Below are positions 11,779 through 23,820 of a stretch of DNA of 64,000 nucleotides, piece after piece. Source of the DNA: Lama glama. Lineage: Eukaryota. The DNA is taken from assembly GCA_028534125.1 (NCBI GenBank), contig CM052816.1:79610001-79674000 (forward strand), in the 5' to 3' direction. The notes under the pieces were generated by a model. The model was not told the DNA's origin and made no database searches. It was given only the letters and a program-made list of their open reading frames with translations. Position 1 is the stretch's first letter. Each line of letters starts with the position of its first letter. Both the position numbers and the translations under genes were made by a program.

Positions 11779-12272
11779 ACTCCCATTTCCAGTAATATGG
11801 CAGATTAGATACCGAATGATCCATTTGATGGAGACAACTAAAAAGCTGAGGAAAATAAAATAAATGAAAAGCATCATTTAAACATGCATTGTTCAGTTAT
11901 CACAAAAGTAAGGAATCTGCTGATCTCACAAAACAAAGTGTAAGTGGAACTCCTGGTGAGTAAGTGAATAAAGTAAAACCAGCTTTGCTCTGATGATTCC
12001 TGCCAAATGTAAAGATTTGGGGCTTCCTCTTGGACATGGTTGTCTGCGGTTGGTATGGGGTATGGGAGATAGGAGGTCTCTAAGGAATGTAATAGGAAAA
12101 CTCTATGTAAACCTGAAATCTCAAAGGGTAAACCTCTCAGTGCTAGATAAAGAGGAAATAAATGCAAAAGAGGATAGCAAGAGAATATGGTCTTCTTAAT
12201 CTGGGTAACAGAGGAAGGAAAAAAATTTCCCAGAAGAATTAATTTTTCCAAGTTGGCTTTCACACTAATTTT
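11779..12272 (+). mobile_element. Probable ancient L1M 5'-region fragment
   Basis: ccatttccagtaatatggcagattag...gagacaactaaaagctg resembles old L1M 5' ends; weak. Confidence 0.4.
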
Positions 12273-12993
12273 GCTTTGGATAGCCATTCCTACAGGTGTG
12301 AGGTGATATCTCATTGGGGTTTGGATTTGCATTACCCTGATGTTTAGTGATACTGAGCATCAGTTCATGTGCCTGTAGGCCATGTGTTTGTCTTCTTTGG
12401 AAAAATGTCTATTCAGATCCTCTGCTTATTTTTCAATCAGGTCCTCTGCCTATTTTTTTAATTTTTTTTTTATTTTTTTGACATTGGGTTCTATGAATTT
12501 TTCGTATATTTTGGATATTAATTCCCTATCAGATACATTGTTTGCAAATGTCTTTTCCCATTCAGTATGCAGTCTTTTTTGTTTTTGTTTTTGTTTTTTT
12601 TCTTAACTTTTTTTTATTGAGTAATAGTCATTTTACAATGTTGTGTCAAATTCCAGTGTAAAGAACAATTTTTCAGTTATACGTGAACATACGTATATTT
12701 ATTGTTACATTTTTTCCTCTGTGAACTACCACAAGATCTTGTATATATTTCCCTGTGCTATACAGTATAATCTTGTTTATCTATTCTACATTTTGAAATC
12801 CCAGTCTGCCCCTTCCCACCTCCCCAACCCCCCCACCCCCCTACCCCCCACCTCCTTAGCCTTTTGTTTTGTTGATGGTTTCTTTCACTGTGCAAAAGCT
12901 TTTTAGTTTGGTGTAGTCTCATTTGTTTATTTGTGCTTTTGCTTCCCTTGCCTGAGGAGACATACCCAAAAAAATACTGCTAAAACTGATGTC
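12273..12993 (-). mobile_element. L1 ORF2 fragment interrupted by a younger L1 3' end
   Basis: tagccattcctacaggtgtgaggtgatatctcattg (MQIQTPMRYHLTPVGMAI on minus); resumes at ~12858 with gatggtttctttcactgtgcaaaagctttttagttt. Confidence 0.9.
12576..12857 (-). mobile_element. Young (camelid-type) L1 3' UTR nested in the older L1
   Basis: T-rich tail then ttattgagtaatagtcattttacaatgttgtgtcaaattccagtgta...ctaccacaagatcttgtatatatttccctgtgctatacag; ends in a C-rich tract; imperfect TSD agtcttttttg / agccttttg. Confidence 0.85.
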
Positions 12994-13840
12994 TGTCCTT
13001 GTTGACTAATTCTATCATCTGGGTCATTTCTGGGTGTGTTTATACTGATCAGTTTTTCTCCTGATGATGGGTCATATTCTGCTTGTCTGCTGAGTAGTTT
13101 TTGATTGGATATCTGATGCCAGACATGGTGAATTTTAAACTTTCACGTGTTGGATATTGTTGTATTTATTTAAAATATTTTTACACTTTGCTCTTAATAC
13201 TTAGTTTATTTACTTGGAAACAGTTTTATCCTTTCAAGTCCTGGCTTTAAGCTTTGCTGGATGGGCCAAAACACTTTTAGTCCAGGTTAAATTGATCCTA
13301 CTTCTGAAGCAATACCTTTTTCAGGACATTACTTGGTGCCTTGCATATTAGAAGGTCTTTTCACTTTGGCTACTGGGAACACAAACTATCCCCAGGCCTA
13401 TATGAGGAATTATTCCAATTATTCCCCTTGTTTCTTTTCTGTGGTTCTTTCAGTTCTTAGTAGTTTCCCTACATGTGTGCCTTGATCAACACTCAAACAA
13501 AGACTTGAGTGGAACGTTCATCTCCAGTGTAGTGTGATCGCTCTCTCCCCCTCCTCCCACTATCTCCTCTCCTTGAAGTTCTTCTCTCTGGGTTGAGGAG
13601 AGGCAAATTCCTCGCCTGCAAACTCTAGCCATCTTGGTCTCCCTGAATTCACAACTCTTTCTCCCTCAACTTGGGGAGATGGCTGGGCTCTCTTTGGACT
13701 CTGCACTGTGGCCTGGAAACTCGCTCTAGGGGGTAAGCTGTAGCATCCATAAGGTTGACCTCATTTGTTTTCCTTTTTTCAGGACTTATGTCATGCACTA
13801 CCTGCTGTCCAATGTCCAAAACTATTGTTTCATACATACT
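12994..13840 (-). mobile_element. Ancient L1M (L1MC/MD-like) 5'/ORF1-region fragment
   Basis: ttctatcatctgggtcatttctggg...gccagacatggtgaatttt...tacttggaaacagtttt...gctgtccaatgtccaaaactattgtttcata. Confidence 0.7.
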
Positions 13841-14479
13841 CTATTGCCCTCTACCCCCACAATTTATTTCTGTCATTATCCAGTAACATTACTAAAAAGA
13901 CTATCTTGTATATACTTCCAAAAAAATAACTAAGCAGGGGTAGACCCTGTCCTGGAGAACTTAAGGTCTAATGTGGCCAGAACTGAACAAACTCCACAGG
14001 TGAAACTCGCTAAATTCTCTTGCCCCCAAATTCTTACAAAGAGTTTTTAGAAGTAGAAAGTTTATGTAAATCTCTGCTGCCCAGTGAAAAAAAAGCAATC
14101 ACCAGTAGTCTTGTCCTGTCCAGCAGACAAACATAACATAACCTGAGGTGCCAAAGGGTAGTCTGGCTTGCCCATATGCACAGTTAATTAGTGGAAAAAG
14201 TGAATCTCAAATCCAGGTGGCATGAGTCTCAGTCCCTTGCTCTTTTAGCTTCACCATCTTCCCTTTGTGTGCATCTCTATCACATAAATCTGAGGAGTAA
14301 CAAACCACTGTCCCCTCAACCATAACATAAATGATTCAGTTGGGTGCTGAGAAAATATTGGAATTGAATTGTTGCTAGCAGTCATCATGGCCCTTAAGCA
14401 GAACCCCACCCATATTGGAGTAGTTACCTGTGCCATCTTCACAGCCATCCAGGGCTTTCTCTGGGGTGTATGGGCAGTA

Positions 14480-14690
14480 ACTAGTCCTTAAGTGTACAGG
14501 CTTTAGGCCAGGCAGACTTAATCCTCTTTTCCTTCTCTGCCTCTTGCCAGCCTGTTTCCTCATATACAAAATGAGGACAATTAAAGTACCCTCATCATGG
14601 ATGTGTTGTAAGGTTTGAATGATGCAATGCATTGAGGTGCTAAGCATTTATTCTGAATCTTACCAAAAAATTAATGTTCATTATTGCCAT
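14480..14690 (+). mobile_element. MIR SINE
   Basis: cctgtttcctcatatacaaaatgaggacaattaaagtaccctcat...gttgtaaggtttgaatga. Confidence 0.7.
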
Positions 14691-16087
14691 TATTTTGCTA
14701 TGTTATGACAATGTTTTTCTAGAACATCTTTAACAATAGAAGCTGAGAGTGGTCTCTCCTTGTGAGCCAGAAACATCCCACTATTGTGTTTACCTCTGTT
14801 TAATCTGGCTTAGGCAAGGCTCTGCAGAATCAAATAATTTTGTTCCATTACAATGACTGGAACTCTTTTTATGAGTGTATACACCATGGGAAGGTAATGC
14901 TCTTTTAATTAAACATTATAAAATCTGTAGAACTATTGAGAGAAATTCAGGAAACTCTGAAACTCACAGAGAGAAACAATAAACAGGTCGATTGTAGGCT
15001 GACTCAATTATCACCCTTGGTGATGCTGATTTTGTAGGGTTCCAAGAAACTTCTTTTTACCACCTACCTACCTTACCTTTAAATTAAATCAGTTGGCCAA
15101 TTTTCTTACCTAGCTGAAAAATCAGGCAAAAACTATGAACTCAGACATCCTCTGTTGTCGTCAATACAAGTTGAACGCTTGGGTTATTTATTGGCTATTT
15201 GATTATACACATGAAACTACTTCAGCATTTTACCAAGGCCCACTTGGAATCATTGTCCATTAAGACCAATTTGGGACTGTTCTTTTGATTCGTACCTGAG
15301 AAGAGCTGCCAGCAATCTTTTCAAACACTGCATGGCCAGTAGGCATTTGAATAAAACATATGGAATATGCTGGGTAGAAACATTGCGCTATCAAGAATAG
15401 TTCTAACACCAACTTAGTATGCCCTGAGCAATGACTGCCCAGTTCTTGCTGTTAAAGCGGATGAATAAGGGAGGCAATTTGTTAGGACAAAGCAGCCACC
15501 TCTCACCCCTCACCACTTTCCCCAGCCACTTTAGTGGGAGCATGTGGACTGTGATAGTTTCTAAGTCTCTAATGCAACCTGACTTCGAATGCAGCATAGA
15601 GTCAGAGAAGAAGATTAGAAAATATAGATGTGGTCTCAGTGAAAACTGATGAAGTAAAACTGAATCAGACTTAATTATTACAGGGCAAAGATTTTCCCAG
15701 CAGGCAGCAGCATAGGTAGAAAGCCAGGAGACAGCATGATAAATACAAAACATCTCCATTCTAATTTGCACTCACATTGCTACTAAGTTTTCTCACTACA
15801 GATGGGCATAGCCTTTTAAGAGTTATGTCCAATGTGAGTAATGCACTCTTGAAGAAGTGTTATTGCTGCTAACATAACCAGGATATAAACCTTAGAGTTG
15901 ATTTCTTACAGAAATGTTTACTAACCTTTTTACATGATTTGGCAAGAGATAGAATCACTATAAATGAAAAATATATATTAAGGGAATAAAAAATGCTTTA
16001 TTCACAAATTAATCAGACACCATTCAAAGGCCAAAACTTTCTCTTCAAAATGAAAAAAAAAATAATAACCATTTTGTTATCTTCATA

Positions 16088-18127
16088 CAGGTTTCACAGA
16101 TACGGCGGTTTTTACATGTTGAAGGTTTGTAGCAACCCCACATTGAGAAAGCCTAGCAGTGCCAGTTTTCTAACAGCATTTGTGCACTTGCTGTCTTTCA
16201 CAATTTTTCCAACTTTTGCGTTATTATTACGTTTGTTATGGTGATCTGTGATCAATGATCTCTGCTGTTATTATTGTAATTGTTTGGGGGCATCATGAAC
16301 TGTGCCCATAAAAGTCCAAGAACTTAATAAATGCTATGTGTGTTCTGAATGCTCTACCTACTGGCCTTTCCCATCTCTCCCTCTCTCCTCAGGCCACTCT
16401 GTTCCCTGAGACATAACAATATTGAAATTAGGCTTATTAATAACCCTACAATGGCCTCTAAGTGTTCAAGTGAAAGGAAGAGTCACATGTCTCACTTTAA
16501 GTCAAAAGCTAGAAATGATTAAACTTAGTGAGGAAGCTGAGATAGGCCAAAAGCTAGGCCTCTTGTGTCAAACAAGTAGCCAAGCTATAAATGCAAAGGA
16601 AAAGTTCTTGGAAGGAAATGAAAAGATCTTCTCCAGTGAACACAGGAATGCTAAGAAAGTAAAACAGACTTATTGCTGATGTGCAGGAAATTTTAACGGT
16701 CTGGTGAGGTAATCAAACCAGCCACAGCATCCCGTTAAGTCAAAGTCTAATCCAGAGCAAGGCCTTGACTCTTTTCAATTCTATGAAGGCTGAGGGAGAC
16801 AAGGAAGCTGCAGAAGAAAAGTGTGAACCCAGCTGATGTTGTTTCATGAGATTGAAGGAAAGAAGCCAACTTCATCACAGAAAAGTGCAAGATGAAGCAG
16901 CAACTGCTGCTGTAGAAGCTGCAGCAAGTTATCCAGAAGATATAGCTGAGTTTATGAATGAAGGTGAATCCACTAAACAACAGATTTTCAATGTAGACGA
17001 TACAGCTTTATATTGGAAGAAGAAGTTGTGTAGAATTTCATAGCTAGAGAGGAGAAGTCAATATCTAGCTTAAAAGCTTCACAGGAAGAGCTCTGATGCA
17101 GATGGACAATGAGACTCATGTGGTTTCATGCCTACTAACACAACAGCCATCTGCAGCCCATGGATCAAGGAGTAGTTTTGATTTCCAAGTCTTATTTTTT
17201 AAGAAATACACCTTGTTAGACTACAGCTGCCATAGATAGTGATTATTCTGATGGCTCTGGGCAAAGTCAGTTGAAAACCTTCTGAAAAGAATTCATTCTA
17301 GATGCCATTAAGAACATTCATGATGTATAGGAAGAGGTAAAGATATCAACATTAATAGGAGTTTGGAAGAATTTAATTCCAATTCTCATGATGACTTTGA
17401 AGGGTTCAAGACTTCAATGGAGGAATTAACTGAGATATAGTGGAAATAGTAAGAAAATGAGAATTAGAAGTGGAGACCAAGATGTGACTGAATTGCTGTA
17501 ATCTCATGATAAGATGGATGAGGAGTTACCTTTAATGGGTGAGCAAAGAAAGTAGTTTCTTGAGATGGAATTACTCTTGGTGAAGATGATATGAAGATTG
17601 TTGAGATGACAACAAAGGATTTAGAATATTACATAAGCTTAGCTGATGAAGCAGCAGGAGGGTTTGAAAGGACTGACTCCAATTCTGAAAGAAGTTCTAC
17701 TGTGGGTAAAATGCTGTCAAACAGCTTTTTCATGACAGAAAAATTGTTGTGAAAGGAAGAGCAATTGATGTGGCCATTTTCATTGTTGTCTTTTGTTAGG
17801 AAATTTCCACTCCAGCCTTAGCAACCACCGCCTTCATCAGTCAGCAGCCATCAACACCAAAGCAAGACCCTTCACCAGCAAAAAGATTACAACTCGCTGA
17901 AGGCTCAGATGTTGGTTAGCATTTTTTAGCAATAAAGTCTTTTTTAATTAAGGTATGTACATTTTTTGAGACATCATGCTATTGCACACTTAATAGACTA
18001 CAGTATAATTAAATATAACTTTTATATGAACTGGAAAACCAAAAAAAATTTGTGACTCACTTTACTGCAGTATTTGCTTTATTGAGATGGTCTGGAACAA
18101 AGCCTGCATATTTCCAGTGTATGCCTG
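16088..18127 (+). mobile_element. Tigger1 (pogo-like Tc1/mariner) DNA transposon, internally deleted, transposase disrupted
   Basis: TA|cagg start and atgcctg|TA end; atggcctctaagtgttcaagtgaaagg at 16451; ORF fragments [15 protein letters not shown]...[19 protein letters not shown] and MRLKERSQLH...EAAASYPED...QQIFNVDDTALYWKK; many stops and frameshifts. Confidence 0.95.
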
Positions 18128-20550
18128 TATTAGGCCAGCCAAAGAACCTAGAAGGAAAGAAGGAAAACATTTTCTACACCCCCCCAAAATTTTAAGAGAC
18201 AATAATAAAATAATAATGCTGTTAATTATAACAATGATGACATTTAATGTGCATTTTCTCATTTGATCTTCCTAGGGCTCATATAAAGTAAAGACTATTT
18301 TCCATATTTATTTTACAGATGAGAAAAGAAATAAAGAAGTGGAATCTTTCTGAAACATGCAGCCCCCTCAGTCATTACCACACCTCATTAACACAGACTG
18401 TCATAAGGTTATTTCTTACCTGATCTCATCCCTACTGGCCACCATAATCTCCTTTGAATAATTGGGGAAGGACCACCCAGTTCACGTGTCATTTGAATAA
18501 GATGTTAACAGACTTGTAAGAATGCTTGGACCATACTCTACTTGGAAATGATGATTTGTAAAGCTTAAAGGGAGTTTCATATCAATTTTTCTTCTTTAAC
18601 CTAAGAATCTAGCAATGCCTCTTATCCTCTGTATCCAAGACAAGAACCTGTTCTTTGGCCACTCTCAGCCTTACTCTGAAGCTCCCAGGCCATCTTGTGG
18701 GGACATTTACTTCTCGATTCAGAGACCTTAAAGTCACCCACAATTCTTCAATTCTGTACATTCAGAGAGTTCATCAATAATTTCTATGGAAGAGTCTGTC
18801 TTCCTCTAATTCATTCTGGAAAAGAACTGGTGCTGCCTTTACAAGGTAACAGCAATTCTCATGTGACAGAGCAGATCTCTGCCTCTCTCCATCCTAAATG
18901 GTTCCTATCTGTGCCCTCTTTGATGACATGTTCCCTTTGGTAGTATATTGTCTTTGATTTCTCCACTTGTCTGTGTAAACTCCTTTTAGAAGGCATCCCT
19001 TCCTGTTTGGAACCTGAACTGAGACTATCAGCCAGCAGACATACCTGCTTTTGAAGAACATTATAAACATGCTCTAGCAATAGTCAAGGTCATTACTGAT
19101 ACATCACTCCGTGCCCAAGTAGCCAGTGGGCAATAGTTCCATCCTTGATTCCACATTACAGTACTACCATTGGGCAAATTACAAACTAAAATGCTGGAAC
19201 TTTTGGTCATTGCAACACTAATGTTCTATGTCTACACTAAGGTGCCCTGCACTCTTCTGTTTTTTTCTATTGCTAATTATCCCCACATAAAAATCTGAGT
19301 GCTTTGGCTATGCCTGAGAATTGTCTGGGCAAACACACTGTGTTCCCTCTGCAGTTCCTAAGGCATGTGCTGCTACATCACATAGAAATGAAGGGAAAAG
19401 CTGAACCCTGTCCTGTGACTTTAGAACAAATCAGTTTAATAAGGAGGAAAGAAACTCTTTAATTGTTTAGAATTTAGGGAGTTGTAAAAGAAAAGATGAT
19501 AGCCATCAATAAAATCTAGAAGGGGAAAATTTGGGATGTATCAGTTACACTAAGCACTTGTCTTCTTTTCTCTGAAGTTCAATTTCCTTCACGTGGAAAA
19601 ATGCTTTTTTTGTGGTATTGCTGGGCTTTTAGCTACGGTTAGATTAATAAATAATATAAATGTTTTGTGTACAGTGTCTTTCATCTGGACTCTTTGCAAG
19701 GCTTCAAATACACACTCATTAATCCTCACAGCACTTTTTTGTGTGTGGATAGTTCTTTATTCCTTAGGAACTTAACAGGAAAGGTCATTTAAGTGTTGAT
19801 ATTCACTATCATGCAAGCAGAATCCCAGCTTCCTGACCATTTTCTGGCAAAAAGAATTTTTCTGTTTTTTTTTTTCCTCTTGGCTTTTCGTCACCCCTAG
19901 AGCATTCCATCACATGCTTGGACTTTCAATTTATTGAACTGTGTATGTTTCTTCATATTTATTTTACCAACTTGAATTGTACAGGTTTCTATAGTGGTTA
20001 CATTATTTCAAAATCATTTTCCCCTAAATGAATTTCTAAATTCTGATGTGGACAAAAGTTGTAAGGGTATCATCGATAGACTTCACCTGGGATTTGTCTG
20101 GAAATTTCATTGAATGTAGATGGCTACACTTTCTTCTGATTGATATATTCCACTGTGTTTCTAATGAACCCCTTTCATCTTTTCAATAGTTTTGGATGTT
20201 CTTAGAAAGCATGTTGGTTTTTAAAGAAATAAAGATGAGTGATTTATTTGCTCTTCTGGATAATTTGCTTGGTTTTAAACTTAGCAAGCACCGTTCCCTT
20301 ATAGCATCGCTTAAACACAGAGACCCACGATCATACACATACACCTTTGCCATCAGCTTTTTTTCTAGAGCAATTTGATGTCTACAATTTAACGAAAAGT
20401 CTGGAGCTCTGGGCTGAAGGTCCGTAGACTATGAGAGAGGAATAGAAAAGGGATGAACAGTTCTATGGCTTGAAGGCAGATGTAATCCTACATTGTGTCC
20501 CTAGCTTGAAACCTGATAGCTGAGTGTAACTGACATGACCTTGCAGAGGG

Positions 20551-20650
20551 NNNNNNNNNNNNNNNNNNNNNNNNNNNNNNNNNNNNNNNNNNNNNNNNNN
20601 NNNNNNNNNNNNNNNNNNNNNNNNNNNNNNNNNNNNNNNNNNNNNNNNNN
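20551..20650. other. Assembly gap (100 N)
   Basis: Run of n. Confidence 1.
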
Positions 20651-20699
20651 AAATTCTAAGCTTTTTCTCTAGTATATTTCTCATGTGGCCTCACACGCT

Positions 20700-20965
20700 C
20701 TTCTAGCTTTAATAATTGTTCTTACATTGCCAGTTCTGCATCCCCAACTATGATAGCTCTTCTCACTTTCAGAACCATAGCGCCAACTGTCTACTAGTTA
20801 TTTTGATGCTAATTTCTCACTAAATTGAATTCGCAGTCTCTCCTACATCCTCTCCTTCTCTTGCGTTCTGTATCTCAGGCATCATCATGTCGTCATAATT
20901 GCCAAAACCAGAAATTCTATGGTCATGCTTAAGTTCTTCCTCTCATTCTTCCTTCACAGCCCCAC

Positions 20966-20998
<33 letters not shown>

Positions 20999-21580
20999 AC
21001 GCATGCACACTGCTCAAAGCCTCCTATTAATCCTATCTTTCAAATATTTTTGGAAATCAACTACTATGCTCCACCCCACAGCCACTACTGCAGTTCAAAG
21101 CCCAGTGATTCCTAGCTTGTGTAACTCTTAACTAGCCTTCTGATCGGTCAGTTTTCTGTCTCCATTCTTGCCTTTCCCCTGCAACCTCTCCAGGCTGGTC
21201 TTTCAATTATATCCATTCTTACAATTTCTCAGAGATTGTGTTATTTCCCTTACCCCTGAGCCTTCACACATGCAGTGCTCTCCAGGTATAAGATTCTTCT
21301 GCCTTCCTTGGCTAGCAACTGCTACTGATCTCTCAGCTCCCAGCTTCAATGTCACTGCCCTAACCTCCAAGTCTGAGAAAAGCATCTCTCCTCTGTGGTT
21401 CCTGAGCGCTCAGTGTCTTCCCTGTCACAGGACTGTACTGGAATTCTCTGCTTGCTTGTTTATACTCCCAGCAGACTGTAACCTCCATCAGCCCTGGAAC
21501 CTGGCTTACCTTGTTCACCATCGTATTGCTGCTGTGGCAAAGGTTGGACACATTGGTGTTCGGTAAATAAATATGACTCA
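20700..21580 (+). mobile_element. L2 LINE 3' fragment
   Basis: ccaaaaccagaaattctatggtcatgctt...gccactactgcagttcaaagc...cagactgtaacctccatcag...ttgttcacca...taaataaatatg. Confidence 0.7.
20966..21010. repeat. (CA)n microsatellite with alternating purine/pyrimidine extension
   Basis: Direct reading. Confidence 0.95.
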
Positions 21581-23689
21581 GAAGAGGAAGGGAAGAAGGA
21601 AAGTGAAGGAAGGAGGAAGATTGACCATACACCATCTGCTTTGTAAATACACAAATAAATATGTAAGTGTGAATAAATATGTAAATAAATCAATTCATAA
21701 ACTCAGTGGGTTTTTTTCTTGTGATTTGACTCATAAAAGTAGACTATAGAGAAAAACACAAACAATTAAAATGGAGTTCTAATTGGTGGTTTCTGGTGAA
21801 TCAAGTTTTAACTAGAGATTTATTCTGAAGGTCTGAGTAATATTTTTAACACATAAGAATAGAATGATGTTTAATAAGATAATATAGTGGAACTTTTGTA
21901 AAATATATAATCATTTCTATTTATGTTTTTTTAAATCCAGATTTCAGAAATAACATTGACTTTAAATATAACTACTAAATTTGTCAGCTCTTTTAAGAGT
22001 TTTCTAGAACACTCTTAGATGCATCACCATCACAGAAAAAGTTATCACAACTGGGAGAGAGTGGGGTCCATATTTAAGCTGGAAATTTTTTAAGATTAGA
22101 TTTTGACAAAAAGTATGATCTTTCTTACTTCCCATTTTAAATCCATTCCAATGACCATATCAATGTACTGTTAAGGGTCAGTTAAGATCCTCCTAAATGT
22201 AAACCTATAGATGTCTTAATGACCAAAATATCCTTGGTGTGCAGTAGAAATGCTATCTTCCATATGCTTTTGAGTTCCAACCACATTAAGCCTAGAAGTT
22301 GCAAACCAGTTTGGACGGAATATTGTTACATTCATTTTTTAACATCAAAGTGCAATTTTGATCCAGACATCAATTTGTCCATCATCTTTTCTTCAGTCCA
22401 AGTTCTTTCTAATTCCGGTGGTCACATGAACCACTGCTCCCTCATCAAGAAAAAAAAAAAAAAAAGGAGGACAAAAGGAGCTCTAGAGCTTATGATCCTA
22501 CTTCTAAATCATATATATAATTTACATATAATTTATACAACTAAATTATATATATGTACCCTACATATACATCCTATTCCTGAGAAAGACAGATCCTGGA
22601 TTTAGAACAAAATTAGCAATTGTGATCATTTCTCTAGTGCAAAGAAGTAATAAGTCACATAACGACACTGTAATCAAACAGTAATTTCATTCTGGCCTGA
22701 GAGTTGGCTAAAGGCTTAATTAGCTTTTCCCACTGCTGATGCCAACAAATCTATTGTCCAGATTGTGAGAGGCCAAGAGCCACACAGTCTGCTGAATCTC
22801 AGAGTTTCCTATGTGAGTAGGAAAAGAGACTTACAGAGGCACAGTGTGCAAGCCACTGGGCAGGACCAGGCCTGTACGACTGTTGTCAATCTCTGGACGG
22901 TCAGGAACAAAATCACATTTGTGCCAGAAAGGGATGATCTGTTTCAATTGGACTTTTCCCTTCTCGATAAACATGGTGTTAGAATTAGATTTTCCTCTAG
23001 TATTGAATAAGTATGATTGTGGTAGATCCAATGGAACTGGCTCTCCCACGCAGGGCAGAGTGTGATGGGAAACTTGGTAGAGAGCTTCTAGAACCTCTTC
23101 CCACAGGGATACTTTGACTGGATCACTGGGTTTTCTTTATATCCAAATCCTTTTTAGAAGGTTTAATCATTTAAATCGTTAACAATTGTTTTAAAAAGAG
23201 GGATGTGTATTTGGCTTAATTATAGGCAATTCAGTTTTTTTCCTCCCATCACTAAGCCTCTATTTGTAACCATCATGAAAATTTATTTAACACTTTGTCT
23301 TATTTCACAGAGACTTGCTCAGATTTACAGGTATTTTTGTTGCCTTCTCATTTCTCCTTATTATGTCCTTTGTTTACTTAGTTTGGGATAATTTAGGTGA
23401 CTATTATCCATAGTTACTCTACAACTGGTGAATTTTAAAAATACTTCTATCTTCTACCAAGCAACAAGTATAAGCAAAATTATTTTTTCCATAAAAATGA
23501 TGGTTCTTGCATTTATTTTCAATATATATTTTATTTATTTTATTTTATGTCCAATATGCTTGGACATATTTTTACACTAACCCCTTTATAATTTTACTTC
23601 CCTTATGCAGTCTGCTTTTAAAAACTTTTCCCCTGATTATTTATACTACTTTTCCTTCCTAAGAATCCAAAGCACTGTGTCTGGATTAT

Positions 23690-23820
23690 TTTTAATATTT
23701 TTAATAAATAGAGAGTTAGGACTAAGTCTTTAATCTTAAATTGCTAGTACCTAGCACAGAAAAATAGCTTATAATAGGAATTCACTAGAAGTTTGTAAAT
23801 AAGTGCTTGATTGAAAGAAT
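23690..23820 (+). mobile_element. L2 3' tail fragment
   Basis: aggactaagtctt...ctagtacctagcacaga...aataggaattcactagaagtttg...ttgaaagaat. Confidence 0.5.

Noticed and set aside
16422..17043. Transposase-like ORFs suggesting a TIGD1-type gene
   Set aside because: Frameshifts, stops and loss of the catalytic core indicate a neutral Tigger1 fossil.
22219..22605. 128-aa ORF with a poly-lysine run
   Set aside because: The lysine run comes from a simple A-tract; no homology, and no TSD or processed-pseudogene body seen.
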